Shown one piece after another: positions 1-10,343 of a stretch of 64,000 nucleotides of DNA; the first letter of the stretch is position 1; every line of letters starts with the position of its first letter. Below the pieces are notes generated by a model. The model saw only the letters and a list, made by a program, of their open reading frames with translations, ran no database searches and was not told the DNA's origin. Position numbers and translations under genes: made by a program. Origin of the DNA: Candidatus Moraniibacteriota bacterium (GTDB lineage Bacteria > Patescibacteriota > Minisyncoccia > Moranbacterales > GWC2-37-73); NCBI GenBank assembly GCA_003507445.1, contig DNVR01000009.1, positions 2,485-66,484 of the forward strand, in the 5' to 3' direction.

Positions 1-34
1 GGAGTCGGGTTTACTTTTTTATCTCAAAAAAATA

Positions 35-538
35 TTATTCCACAATAACAAATTTTTCTCTTGGTGCGCCGCATACCGGACAAACTTCAGGAGCTTCGCC
101 CAATTCCAATTGACCGCACACTTGGCAGACAAAATATTTTTGCTCAGCAAGATCTTGACCAGCTTCAATTTCACTTAGAGCTGAAACAAATTCCTTTTGA
201 TGTTTTTTTTCAACTTCATTGGCCCAAGTAAATCCTTTTTCAGAAATTTTTTCTTCATCCTTTTGAGCGTCGCTAATAAACTCAGGATACATTGTTTCAA
301 TTTCATATGTTTCGCCAGCAATTGCACTTTTCACATTTTCAGCTGAGTTTTTGATCTCGCCCAGATTGGCCAAATGTTTTAAGGCATGAATTGTTTCGCC
401 TTCAGCAACGGCGCGAAAAAGTTTAGCCAGATTATTTTTTCCCTCTTTTTCTGCAGCTTTAGCGAAAGCCAAATATTTTCGATTAGCTTGCGATTCTCCT
501 GCAAATGCTGCTTTCAGATCTTCTTGTGTTTTAGACAT
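35..538 (-). CDS. rbr: Rubrerythrin
   Basis: AFAGESQANRKY and ETIHA diiron helices; C-terminal rubredoxin CxxC...CPVC. Confidence 0.93.
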   Translation of the reverse strand: MSKTQEDLKAAFAGESQANRKYLAFAKAAEKEGKNNLAKLFRAVAEGETIHALKHLANLGEIKNSAENVKSAIAGETYEIETMYPEFISDAQKDEEKISEKGFTWANEVEKKHQKEFVSALSEIEAGQDLAEQKYFVCQVCGQLELGEAPEVCPVCGAPREKFVIVE

Positions 539-540
539 TT

Positions 541-690
541 ACCCTGTTAAATAAAATTGGATCTTATCACTAAGAAACAAATCCTATTTGTATTAATTAT
601 TACATTACCTATCATCCCGTTAATTAAATCAAGTAGATCCAATTTTAATTCTAAATTTTTTACTAAAAATTTAGAATTATTTAACAGGGT
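541..690. mobile_element. MITE-like non-coding derivative of the GIY-YIG mini-element
   Basis: 14-bp terminal inverted repeats ACCCTGTTAAATAA/TTATTTAACAGGGT, identical to those at 22532-22822 and 61681-61826; inner inverted repeat 552-564/635-647. Confidence 0.8.
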
Positions 691-738
691 GAATTTTTTA
701 GTTACTAATTACTTTTTAATTATACAACAAACATTAAT

Positions 739-1950
739 TTAAGTCCCAGTTTTGTTCGAAGAAATTTCAGAAATAGTACTGTTTATGCTTTTTCCTGCCA
801 AAATATTGTTGATAGCATCTTCATCCTTGCAAGAATACGAATTATCCGGAGAATAAAATTTCTTCTTAGGACCGCGACAACCTCCATTATCTTTATAAAG
901 CACTCCGAAATATGGCATCATAAAACCCATTTTTTGAGCAGAGAATTTTTTGTATAAAGAGTCCAGAGTTCGCGCTCTTTTTTCCTGATCCATTCGAGCA
1001 AAAATATCCAAGTCATCGCTTGGAATTCCAGTCCAATCAAGATGAAGCAAAACGTTTTTTGCTTTAGCTGAAAAATTCTTGTGCCACAAAAGCGCCCAAC
1101 AACTTCCTCTGCCGGAATAACAAGGTCCATCTTCAACGCTGCCATCGGAAGCAAGCCCAACACCTCCTTCAATATAATCGAAGAGTTTCAAATAGTTTTC
1201 ATCTGAAATAGAACCGGTCTGCGCTCCAATTACAATGTCGACATCTTTTTCCTTTGCATATGCTCTCATCTTGGAAACAATCTTGGGGGCATAATCTTTT
1301 TTTGCATCTTCTTGCATATAAATCTGACCAAATGTGAAACTTTGCACGCCAGCATCAACAGCTTTTTGCGTTATATATTGAACATAATCTCGATATTCTT
1401 GACTAGCAAAAGTTGGTTTGCAAGTTCCTTCTCCCCAGACATTCTCACTTCCCTCTCGACACATATCTCGAAAAGCAAACTCCTCATTTTTGATCTCATT
1501 AAAATAATGCGCTCTGAAGTTTATCGCTTCGGCAATAAACATTCCGTATACCAAATCTTTTTTTTCAATTTGATTCATCACATATCCCACTGTTTCAAAA
1601 TCAGGAGGTTTTAGCCACGTTTCAATTGCACGATGAAGATAATAACAATTCGATCTATTGATAAGCGCAACAAAATTTTCATTTTCCGGATTATATTCAG
1701 ACAAGAGACCATCAGCCACGCAACCTTGAGCCTTAAGTTTTTCCATTGATACAGGCTGTGGCTTTGGACGTTTAGTAATATTAACAGGCAAAATTTTGTG
1801 TTGTTTTTTGGTAGCAATCACTATCTCCGGTTCTTCAAATTTAATATTCTTTATGTATAAAACAAAATTTGCACCAGCGAGAAAAGCCACTGCTGCAATA
1901 ACAGCAACAGCATAAGAAGTTTTTATCTCCTGTTTTAGGTTTATTTTCAT
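739..1950 (-). CDS. Hypothetical membrane-anchored Cys-rich protein
   Basis: 403-aa ORF, N-terminal hydrophobic helix, no family recognised. Confidence 0.75.
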   Translation of the reverse strand: MKINLKQEIKTSYAVAVIAAVAFLAGANFVLYIKNIKFEEPEIVIATKKQHKILPVNITKRPKPQPVSMEKLKAQGCVADGLLSEYNPENENFVALINRSNCYYLHRAIETWLKPPDFETVGYVMNQIEKKDLVYGMFIAEAINFRAHYFNEIKNEEFAFRDMCREGSENVWGEGTCKPTFASQEYRDYVQYITQKAVDAGVQSFTFGQIYMQEDAKKDYAPKIVSKMRAYAKEKDVDIVIGAQTGSISDENYLKLFDYIEGGVGLASDGSVEDGPCYSGRGSCWALLWHKNFSAKAKNVLLHLDWTGIPSDDLDIFARMDQEKRARTLDSLYKKFSAQKMGFMMPYFGVLYKDNGGCRGPKKKFYSPDNSYSCKDEDAINNILAGKSINSTISEISSNKTGT

Positions 1951-2016
1951 TTTTTTGCGCTTACTTTTAGCAATGCAAATGTTAATACGCTTAATACAAG
2001 AATGTATTGCAAAATA

Positions 2017-2964
2017 TTAAGTAACTTTAACCATAAATCTCACAATATCCTCCACCACGTTTCTTGTCTTGCCGTGCGTTGGATTGTAATGGATGTATAG
2101 ATCTGGTTTTCCGTTTATTTCAATGATATGAAAAGATTGCTCGGTTGGTTTTTTTGAGATGTCATCGCACATAACATCGATGCCGACAAGATATTTTCCA
2201 ACCACCTTGGATGCTGCCACGCAAATTTTTTCAATATCGCCGTGAACGATATCAGTCACATCGCTTGTTTCTCCACCTTCCGCCAAGCAAGAACTTTTTT
2301 TAATATATGCTATTTCATTTTTTGTCATCACACTTTCCAACGTGAAATTTTGTTCCTTCAAAATCTGAACTAATTTTTCATCGAATTTGGTTCTCTTTTC
2401 AGTTGAATTCTGCTTTTCTTCAATAATCTTACGCAAAGTGGAAACTCCATCGCCAACAGCATATGGAGGGATCATTTCAAGCGCTCCGACGACTTTTTCA
2501 TCCAAGACAAGCAATCTATATTCTTTTCCAAAAACCATTTCCTGTGCAATCATACTGCGATAATGTGGCAATTCCTCCTCAAGCAAAATCATTGCGTCGC
2601 GCAGATTTCCAATAAGAGGAAAAATTCCCCTACTATTGGAACCTTGAGCATCTTTCAAGATAATTGGATATTTTAAGTTATTCAACTGCTTTTCAGCTTC
2701 TTGCTTTATAAAACTTTTTTTGTAAAAACATTCGCTTTGAGGAGATGGCAGATTATGAGCAAGCAAAAGTTTATGTGTAATATCCTTACATCTCGTCAAT
2801 TGTCCACTAACAAAGGATTGGCGTGTGATAGAAATTTTGCGCTCTAGCAAAATGCGTTTACCCAAAACATTAATATAAAAACAGCCCCTTTCAGGGACAA
2901 ATTCTTCAATGGTACCGCCCATATTCAAAATTGCATTTTTGATGATCAATGGATTTTTTTTCAT
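2017..2964 (-). CDS. Stand-alone ATP-grasp ligase (cyanophycin synthetase/GshF ATP-grasp-like)
   Basis: KDITHKLL, YPIILKD..GSNSRG, EYRLLV, VGDGVST, GIDVMCDDIS, IIEINGKP motifs. Confidence 0.8.
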   Translation of the reverse strand: MKKNPLIIKNAILNMGGTIEEFVPERGCFYINVLGKRILLERKISITRQSFVSGQLTRCKDITHKLLLAHNLPSPQSECFYKKSFIKQEAEKQLNNLKYPIILKDAQGSNSRGIFPLIGNLRDAMILLEEELPHYRSMIAQEMVFGKEYRLLVLDEKVVGALEMIPPYAVGDGVSTLRKIIEEKQNSTEKRTKFDEKLVQILKEQNFTLESVMTKNEIAYIKKSSCLAEGGETSDVTDIVHGDIEKICVAASKVVGKYLVGIDVMCDDISKKPTEQSFHIIEINGKPDLYIHYNPTHGKTRNVVEDIVRFMVKVT

Positions 2965-3156
2965 TTTCTTCTATTCGATAATTATTATTTCCAGTCAAGC
3001 AATTAATAATACAATATTTTTCAAAAAATGTCAACTTGGGAAAATTAGCCCGGACACACACTGGTAGAGCCGGTGGATTTTTCTTGCATTTTAAAAAGCT
3101 CCGATGTTAATTGCGACATTGGAGCAAGAAACAAACTCAGTTAAATTTGTTTAATA

Positions 3157-3651
3157 TTATTTTAAATTTATTTTTTCTGTCAGAACCAATTCCCCATCTT
3201 GTTGCTGCAAAACATATTTTTTGTGGCATTTTTTGCAATCAAAATGATGATGTTGCTTATAATCAACAGATAAAATGCTATTACAACAGTTCGGGCATGT
3301 TAAGGTTAATATTATTTTCAACACATCATGTGGGTCTGCTGGCTTATGCAAAATATCAACAAATGGTTCTGAAATATCAATAATGCTGTTTGGAGGAATT
3401 GCAGTTAACGCTATTATTGGAGTTGTTATCTTAAGTTGTTTTTTAGCTACATTTGCAACAGTATGCCCATCCAATTTTGGAATTAATATATCAGTTATGA
3501 TTAAATCTGGTTTATTTGGATTTTGTGGAGCAAGCTGTTTTAAAAGTTCAATTCCGTCTCCAACTTCAATAACCTCATAACCAACTTTTTTAAGACTTTT
3601 TGCAATTTCTTGCCTTACCTCAACCTCATCATCAGCAAATAAAATTCTCAT
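3157..3651 (-). CDS. Response regulator receiver domain with C-terminal zinc ribbon
   Basis: RILFADDE, PDLIITDILIP, ALTA, KP receiver motifs; CPNC...CKKC; SD GAAAGGA before MRILF. Confidence 0.85.
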   Translation of the reverse strand: MRILFADDEVEVRQEIAKSLKKVGYEVIEVGDGIELLKQLAPQNPNKPDLIITDILIPKLDGHTVANVAKKQLKITTPIIALTAIPPNSIIDISEPFVDILHKPADPHDVLKIILTLTCPNCCNSILSVDYKQHHHFDCKKCHKKYVLQQQDGELVLTEKINLK

Positions 3652-3890
3652 TCTGCACGTCCTTTCTGTTGATTTTATAATCAACATTATTATTAAAGTT
3701 TATTCTGAGTATTTTTAAACAAATTGTTAAAAAACTAGGTAAATTATAATACGAAAATTTTTTCGTTTTATTTCTTAAAACATCTTTAAAGGAAATAGGT
3801 GGTGCAAAAGCTGCAATGGCCTTGTTTAAATCAATCCCACACTTAGAGAAATTTACAAGCGCTTTTATAAAACAAATTTGAGAAATTAAA

Positions 3891-3918
3891 AAAGGCGACT
3901 CTGTTAAGAGTCGCCTTT
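3891..3918. terminator. Intrinsic terminator downstream of ddh
   Basis: AAAGGCGACTCT-loop-AGAGTCGCCTTT with A tract. Confidence 0.75.
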
Positions 3919-3937
3919 AAAATATTATCTTTACTTT

Positions 3938-4942
3938 CTAGACGAGGTTAAGATTCGGACCTTCATCCTCGAGAAGGAAGCGAGGTGCAATATCAAGAGG
4001 TGTAAATGCACCTTCTCCACCATTGCTGGAAAGACGAATGGTTGCGCGCGCATAAGCCAGAAGAATGTACGCTGTTGCGAGCGGATTGGAATCCCAGGAA
4101 TTGCGGTATTCCATGGCACCAAATGGTGCTGCGCCGAGAACTAAGCCATCATGGAACATACCCTGGTGTTTTTCATCAAGCTCCTCCTGGCTGATAAAAC
4201 GAACGGTTGTTTTTATGCCCTTGAAATATTCAGGCATGTTGACGATTGTCTCGCGGACAGATTCTTCATCAGCGCCTTCTTCGAGCACAACGATACACTC
4301 TCGCCAGTGCATCTGATCCTTGGTCGCCGAAGTGATTTCACCTTTACGCAATTTGTCGATTGTTTCATGAATAGCATGTGTGTATTGCCTGGCATCTTTC
4401 ACGCCGACTACATTACGCAAAGCATCCGAATGCCCCATACTGAGACCACCGCTTTCGCCGAGACCGTAGAAGCCGAAACTGTCACAATTGCCGAGACAGG
4501 ATTTGAATACTGCCCTCATTACTGAGAAGATGCCGGGATCCCAACCCTGGCAAACTGTTGCCACATGTCCATAGGTACATGCCATCGCATTCATCATTTG
4601 GAAATAGCCGAGTTGTGGCTGACCTTTTTCATTGAACCAGTTGTCAATGTGGCCATGCGTATCAAATGAGCACACAGTGTTGAAAAACTGCTGAAAATAA
4701 GGTCCTTGCACCGGTAGATCATCCTTGCTTCCACCACACAAAATGGCAACGTCGGCATCAAGCTTTTGCCATTCTAGGTCGCGGATCTCGTAAACAGAAA
4801 GGCCTTCATGTTGGTCTTCCTCAATAACCCGCTTGCGGCTCCTGGTAATTATCCCAACCACTTCCATATCAGGAAAATCAACGATTGCCTTGAGCACGCC
4901 TTTGCCAATGTTTCCGAATCCAACAATTACGACTTTTTTCAT
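3938..4942 (-). CDS. ddh: meso-diaminopimelate dehydrogenase
   Basis: IVGFGNIG Rossmann motif, LCGGS, SFDTH, GWDPG, GLSMGHSDALR, ARQYT, HWRECIVV; SD GGAGG. Confidence 0.88.
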   Translation of the reverse strand: MKKVVIVGFGNIGKGVLKAIVDFPDMEVVGIITRSRKRVIEEDQHEGLSVYEIRDLEWQKLDADVAILCGGSKDDLPVQGPYFQQFFNTVCSFDTHGHIDNWFNEKGQPQLGYFQMMNAMACTYGHVATVCQGWDPGIFSVMRAVFKSCLGNCDSFGFYGLGESGGLSMGHSDALRNVVGVKDARQYTHAIHETIDKLRKGEITSATKDQMHWRECIVVLEEGADEESVRETIVNMPEYFKGIKTTVRFISQEELDEKHQGMFHDGLVLGAAPFGAMEYRNSWDSNPLATAYILLAYARATIRLSSNGGEGAFTPLDIAPRFLLEDEGPNLNLV

Positions 4943-5363
4943 TTTATTACCTCCCGTGAGTTTTTGCGTATCATTTATACGCATTTATGAGCACAATGCT
5001 CAAGCCGTATTTTCTTAAGAATTCTTTGCTACATTTTCAAGTTACAAAAACTGCCAAAAAGCAGTTCTTTATAATAACAGATATTCATATTTATGCAATA
5101 CAGGGGGGGTACTCTGAATTGTTGAATTTATTTTTGAAATAAGAGGTTCGAACATCCAGTTCAGAGCGTCAAATGTTAGAACCACTTTAATAGCGAAAAG
5201 GGGCCTTTATTAGGCTCTTTTGTAATGCGACTACCCCTACTGAACAAACTTAGAACTTTTGAATGGAGAGAATTTCAAAATATATTTGAAGAACTTGAAT
5301 TCAATTGGATATGAAAAGAGCCGCGGACATTTGCCAGCGACTCTCTTTTTATTCATATTAAAA

Positions 5364-5753
5364 CTATTTGTGAAACTCCTCTTTGCATTCCTCTGTGAAT
5401 TGCTTTTCTTTGCTTATTGCAGACCAGTAAGTGGCAGTGTTATTAACTGGCAATGCTTCGCATCCTATGTTTGCTTTTGGAAAAAGCCTTCTTACGGCAA
5501 GTCCAACTGCTGCTGCAAGCTCAGCACGTTTAAGCGGAGTACAAGATGACGGAACCTGTGTGATTTCGATGCTGATTTCATTTCCGAGGCCATAGCTCAT
5601 CATATCCGTGGGAAAAAGATTGAGCATCATGCTTTCATCTTTTACGCCAGTTTCTGGGACAGATATTACTGCGGCTACGATTGCGTTATGCAGATTATTT
5701 AAATCCTCCTCGGACAAACCTGCAGGCAAACACCATGTTTTTATGGTTAGCAT
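5364..5753 (-). CDS. Hypothetical protein, possibly tautomerase-like fold
   Basis: 129-aa ORF with SD GGAGG; beta-alpha-beta repeat pattern only. Confidence 0.6.
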   Translation of the reverse strand: MLTIKTWCLPAGLSEEDLNNLHNAIVAAVISVPETGVKDESMMLNLFPTDMMSYGLGNEISIEITQVPSSCTPLKRAELAAAVGLAVRRLFPKANIGCEALPVNNTATYWSAISKEKQFTEECKEEFHK

Positions 5754-5756
5754 CTT

Positions 5757-6065
5757 TCAATCCTCCATTATTGTTTGATTTTGGACAAACCCAGGTATAA
5801 AAGGAAGCTCTTTGTTCTCTATACCTGTTATTTGTGTGGCAGTGTACACCAAGCCTCCACCATGAGCTACCAGTGTCTGTTCTTTAGTGTAGTGACCGAA
5901 AACGATGAGATACTCAGGATACTTTGGATGTTGGCTTACTTCGGTTATCAGACCATCTGCAAGTCTTGATACTTCGCAGGATTGCCAAGTGCCACCCTTA
6001 CGATACAATACAGTCATTTTTACTTTGCACCGATTTTCTTCGATTTGCATCGCCATTAAGTTCAT
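5757..6065 (-). CDS. Hypothetical protein
   Basis: 102-aa ORF with strong SD AAAGGAGG. Confidence 0.65.
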   Translation of the reverse strand: MNLMAMQIEENRCKVKMTVLYRKGGTWQSCEVSRLADGLITEVSQHPKYPEYLIVFGHYTKEQTLVAHGGGLVYTATQITGIENKELPFIPGFVQNQTIMED

Positions 6066-6202
6066 GTGCTGCCTCCTTTTCTTTTACTAAATTTAATTTC
6101 TAACTAATTTTTATATGATTTCCAGTTGTTTCATGGAAATATTTCTTAAATTGCAATATATAAACTTATAATAAAATTCAAATCTTGTCAAGACTAGACA
6201 GC

Positions 6203-6230
6203 AAAAAGAGGCTAGAATAAGCCTCTTTTT
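6203..6230. terminator. Intrinsic terminator downstream of tRNA-Asn
   Basis: AAAAAGAGGCT-loop-AGCCTCTTTTT. Confidence 0.75.
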
Positions 6231-6237
6231 ATATTTG

Positions 6238-6309
6238 CTCCGGCGGTAGGATTCGAACCTACGACCAATTGATTAACAGTCAACTGCGCTACCGCTGCGC
6301 TACGCCGGA
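6238..6309 (-). tRNA. tRNA-Asn(GTT)
   Basis: Cloverleaf TCCGGCG acceptor, anticodon loop CT-GTT-AA, GGTTCGAATCC T-arm; no encoded CCA. Confidence 0.95.
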
Positions 6310-6425
6310 ATATATTAGAAATAATGCCTTTTCAAGGCAACAAAAATAGTATAACAAATAAAAAATATCCTGACAAGGGCTCAATAAGCCCCCTTTCGGG
6401 GGCATTATTGAAATTTATCTTTTTC

Positions 6426-7988
6426 CTAGTAATCCTTAAGCTTACTAATAGAGCCGTGTTGGCGAATTTTGTCGAGGGCTTTGGCTTCAATCTGACGAAT
6501 ACGTTCGCGAGTTACTCCAAATTCCTTTCCAACTTCTTCCAAAGTATGTGTCACACCATCTTCCAAACCAAAACGAATTTTAAGAATTTTTTGTTCGCGC
6601 GGAGTAAGGTCGTGCAAAACTTCGCCGACGTGATTTTTGAGAAGTTTTCGTGAAGCGACTTGATGAGGCATCACTGTTTCAGTGTCTTCAATGAAATCTC
6701 CAAGCACACTGTCATCATCAGAGTCCCCAACTGAAGTTTCAAGCGAAACTGTTTCTTGCGAAATTTTTTGAATGTGACGAATCTTGTCTACTTCCAAATT
6801 CATTTCAGCTGCAATTTCTTCCGGCAAAGGTTCGCGTCCCAATTCCTGCACCAATCTTCGAGTAATCTGCGTATATTTATTAATCGTTTCCACCATATGC
6901 ACGGGAATACGAATTGTGCGCGACTGATCAGCCAAAGCTCTGGTAATTGCTTGACGAATCCACCAAGTTGCATAGGTTGAAAATTTGAAACCTTTTCGAT
7001 AATCAAATTTTTCCACAGCGCGAAAAAGTCCGATGTTTCCTTCTTGAATCAAATCCAAAAGTGAAAGATTGTGCGAACGTCCAACATATTTTTTTGCAAT
7101 ACTAACCACCAAACGAAGATTTGCTTCAGTCAGTTTTTGTTTGGATGCCAAATCCCCTTTTTCATTGGCTTTGGCAAGTTTAATTTCTTCTTCAGATTTA
7201 AGAAGTGGCACGCGTCCAATTTCACGAAGATACATTTGTACCAAATCAGAAGAGCTGTCTTCTATTCCATCCAACAAATTTGAATCTGCATTTTTATCTT
7301 TTTTACTTTTTTCATATATCTCAGCTTCCTTGTCTGAATCAATCTTAAGCATATCATCAGAAACAACAATCTTCACACCTGCGGTTTCCAATTGTTCATA
7401 CAGATTTTCAAGTTCATCAAGTTCTTCTTCAACTTCCGGAATAAGGTGAATGATTTCATCTTCAGTCACAAAACCACGTTGTTTTCCACGTGCAATAAGT
7501 TCTGCAATAATATTAACCTTATTTTCTCCTTCTTCTTGCGAAGCTGCTACTGCTTTTTTCTTTGGCTGAGGAGCTTTTTCAACGATTTTCTTGGGCTTAA
7601 CAACAGTTTTTGCAGCTGCTTGCTTGTTTGATGTTGCAACCTTTTTGGGCGCAACCTTTTTAACTGGTTGCACTTTTTTCACAACAACTTTTTTGGTTGC
7701 TATTTTTTTTGCTGCAACAATCTTTTTTGCAACAACTTTTTTCTGTACGATTTTCTTGTTTTTTTTCTGCACGATTTTTTTTGCTTTAATAAATTTTACA
7801 ACTTTTTTAGGCTTAGATTTCACCCCGCCTGCAGCCTTATGCGCAGTATTTCGGGCAGACTTTTTTGAAGAGACTGTTTTCTTCACACTTTTTAACTTTG
7901 TTTTAACAGTCTTTTTTATCGTTTTTTTTACTGCAACCTGCCTGCCGGTAGGCATGGCTTTTTTAATCTTCTTTTTCGTTGTTTTCAT
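6426..7988 (-). CDS. rpoD: RNA polymerase sigma-70 factor with Lys-rich N-terminal extension
   Basis: [45 protein letters not shown]; start taken at MKTTKKK. Confidence 0.95.
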   Translation of the reverse strand: MKTTKKKIKKAMPTGRQVAVKKTIKKTVKTKLKSVKKTVSSKKSARNTAHKAAGGVKSKPKKVVKFIKAKKIVQKKNKKIVQKKVVAKKIVAAKKIATKKVVVKKVQPVKKVAPKKVATSNKQAAAKTVVKPKKIVEKAPQPKKKAVAASQEEGENKVNIIAELIARGKQRGFVTEDEIIHLIPEVEEELDELENLYEQLETAGVKIVVSDDMLKIDSDKEAEIYEKSKKDKNADSNLLDGIEDSSSDLVQMYLREIGRVPLLKSEEEIKLAKANEKGDLASKQKLTEANLRLVVSIAKKYVGRSHNLSLLDLIQEGNIGLFRAVEKFDYRKGFKFSTYATWWIRQAITRALADQSRTIRIPVHMVETINKYTQITRRLVQELGREPLPEEIAAEMNLEVDKIRHIQKISQETVSLETSVGDSDDDSVLGDFIEDTETVMPHQVASRKLLKNHVGEVLHDLTPREQKILKIRFGLEDGVTHTLEEVGKEFGVTRERIRQIEAKALDKIRQHGSISKLKDY

Positions 7989-8269
7989 CTCAAATAAATA
8001 TTTCGCCGAGTAAACACTCAGACAAAATGTTATAAAAAAAATAAAACCCTTCACTAAGCAACTAAGCATGGAGCCTTTTGGAAAATATTTTTCGTCGCGA
8101 AATTTTAAAATTTTAAGCGAAAGACTTGAAGGTTGAGGAGTGCTACATAAAATGTAACACGACGAGACCTGAAAGTTTTGCAGCCAAAATTTTGGAATTG
8201 CAGCAGAAAATATATTTTCCAAACAAGCTCTTAGTAAAACACCAAAAACCGGGGCATCCCAGTCCTTGT

Positions 8270-10075
8270 TTAAGATTGCATTTCTTGAGAAAGCTTTGTG
8301 AACTCGCTCATAAGTTTGGCGAGGGTCTCTTTGTCCCCTTTTTGTTCAGCATTCTCGATTTGCTTGATGATATCATAAAGTCTTTCTTTTTGCAATTCCT
8401 TGATGTATTTAGATATATATTCATCAACAAGCTTTCGCAATTCTTCTGTGGAATATTCCACAACGCCCTCTCGAGTAAAAAGGTATTTGGCATTAAAATA
8501 TATTTTTCGCAGACTTTCAATCGCTCGTTCATCATCAATGTTGGTCAGAAGATTATCAAAAGAAAAACCTGACTCTGCTCCATTTTTCAAAACAAACTGC
8601 ACCAACGAATCATCTTTTGCCCACTGACTTTCCAATTGTGTCTCAAAATTTTCTTTCCATATTTTTGCATCGCTCATAATAAGCCCGATCAGCGAATTTC
8701 TAACAGCGTCACTGCGCTTTTGAAATGATGCCTCTTGCTCAGTCAAGACACTTGAAGAAACAGGGTATTGGGCTTGGCTTTGCTGTCCAGCATTTGCGAC
8801 GACTGTTTTTAATACGTCAGTCACGACCTTTTCTTCCACTTCAACCGTATGCGCAATTTTTTTTATCCAATGAGCTTTCTCAATCTGATTTTCAATGTTA
8901 GCCACGTGTGACAAAACCTCTTTTGCAATATGCATTTTTCCATCTGCTGTTTTTTTGTCATATTTTTTAAGCGCCTCATTGAAAAAATATTCCATCGCCA
9001 AAACCGATTTTTTAACTGCATTTAAAAGCAGCTCCGGATCCTTAGCCACCACATCAGCCGCATCTTTGCCATCCTCCAGTGTAACAATTTTCACGTTCAC
9101 ACTTTTTTGTAAACAAAGATCTGCGCTTTTTTGCGCTGCAGCTTGACCAGCACTATCCATATCAAAAAGCATTGCAATGTTTTCAGTGTAACGTTTGAGC
9201 ATCGTGATTTGATCGCCTGTAAGCGCAGTGCCTGAAACAGCCACAGTGTTTGTAATGCCAGCTTGCACCGAAGCAATCACATCCATATTTCCCTCCACCA
9301 GCAACACATAATTTTTCTTCTTAATCTCGCTCTTTGCATATGAAAGACCATACAGCACCTTGCCTTTGTGATATACCAATGTTTCCGGAGTGTTCACATA
9401 TTTAGCCTGCGATTCATCTCCCCCAGGGGCCACGCGCGCGGAATATCCAACCACATTTCCCATCGCATCGGTAATCGGAAACATAATGCGATCGCGAAAA
9501 CGATCATAATATCCTGAACCATTTTCTTTTTTTACCAACAAGCCAGTCTTCTCAATCTCATCCATACCATATCCACGACTAACAAGGAATTTTATAATAT
9601 TGTCCCAACCATTTGGCGCATAGCCTAATCTAAAATTTTGAATACTCTTATCATTCAATCCCCTTGTGTGCAAATATTGCATAATTCCTTCTTTGCCAAC
9701 ACCTTTCCAAAGTTGAGTTTCATAAAATTTGGTAGCCAATTCCAAGGCCTCCAAAATTCTTTTCTTGTTATCAGTAACTTGCCCACCTTTATATTCCTCC
9801 AATTGCACGCCAGCTTTTTCAGCCAAAATCTTGAGCACCTCACGAAATTCCATACTTTCGATTTCTTGCACAAAAGAAAAAACGTCTCCACCCTTAGCAC
9901 AGCCAAAACAATGAAAGATTTGTTTTTCTTCATTGACCATAAAGGATGGGCTTTTTTCATTATGAAAAGGACACAGCCCCTTCCAATGAGAGCCCGCCTT
10001 TGTCAGCCGCACATACTCGCCCACAATATCCACGATATTAAGCCGAGATTTGATTTCCTCAACGTTATTGTTCAT
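8270..10075 (-). CDS. dnaG: DNA primase
   Basis: [15 protein letters not shown] zinc finger, [30 protein letters not shown] and FDMD. Confidence 0.96.
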   Translation of the reverse strand: MNNNVEEIKSRLNIVDIVGEYVRLTKAGSHWKGLCPFHNEKSPSFMVNEEKQIFHCFGCAKGGDVFSFVQEIESMEFREVLKILAEKAGVQLEEYKGGQVTDNKKRILEALELATKFYETQLWKGVGKEGIMQYLHTRGLNDKSIQNFRLGYAPNGWDNIIKFLVSRGYGMDEIEKTGLLVKKENGSGYYDRFRDRIMFPITDAMGNVVGYSARVAPGGDESQAKYVNTPETLVYHKGKVLYGLSYAKSEIKKKNYVLLVEGNMDVIASVQAGITNTVAVSGTALTGDQITMLKRYTENIAMLFDMDSAGQAAAQKSADLCLQKSVNVKIVTLEDGKDAADVVAKDPELLLNAVKKSVLAMEYFFNEALKKYDKKTADGKMHIAKEVLSHVANIENQIEKAHWIKKIAHTVEVEEKVVTDVLKTVVANAGQQSQAQYPVSSSVLTEQEASFQKRSDAVRNSLIGLIMSDAKIWKENFETQLESQWAKDDSLVQFVLKNGAESGFSFDNLLTNIDDERAIESLRKIYFNAKYLFTREGVVEYSTEELRKLVDEYISKYIKELQKERLYDIIKQIENAEQKGDKETLAKLMSEFTKLSQEMQS

Positions 10076-10184
10076 ATAACTTCAGACTAAAGAACTTTGA
10101 CTAAAAAAGCAACCAGAGGCGCAAAATGAAATATTCAAACCCTTGCTGCCCTTTCAGATATGCCACCTTTGTTCAGTTTCAAAG

Positions 10185-10269
10185 CGGAGAGAACAGGATT
10201 CGAACCTGCGTGGAGTTGCCCCCAACACGCTTTCCAAGCGTGCGCCTTCAACCACTCGGCCATCTCTCC
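10185..10269 (-). tRNA. tRNA-Ser(GGA)
   Basis: GGAGAGA acceptor, CACGC-TT-GGA-AA-GCGTG anticodon arm, long variable arm, GGTTCGAATCC. Confidence 0.95.
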
Positions 10270-10325
10270 GCTTTGAAACTGATTATAATGAGTGGTGCAC
10301 TCAAAAATTCAAAATTTCATATCTC

Positions 10326-10343
10326 GTCCGCCAGCTGGCGGAC
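10326..10343. repeat. Short palindrome GTCCGCCAGCTGGCGGAC family
   Basis: Other copies at 12682-12699 (in-frame in a CDS) and 31697-31712. Confidence 0.8.

Noticed and set aside
557-742. 61-aa ORF
   Set aside because: Chance frame across the MITE.
4943-5250. Lysine riboswitch upstream of ddh
   Set aside because: No recognisable lysine riboswitch consensus, and the likely promoter lies downstream of the folded block.
7989-8222. Extended rpoD N-terminus from the ORF track
   Set aside because: Non-protein-like intergenic sequence; MKTTKKK at 7988 is the more plausible start.
10095-10172. Riboswitch upstream of dnaG
   Set aside because: Only a weak stem and no complete aptamer consensus.
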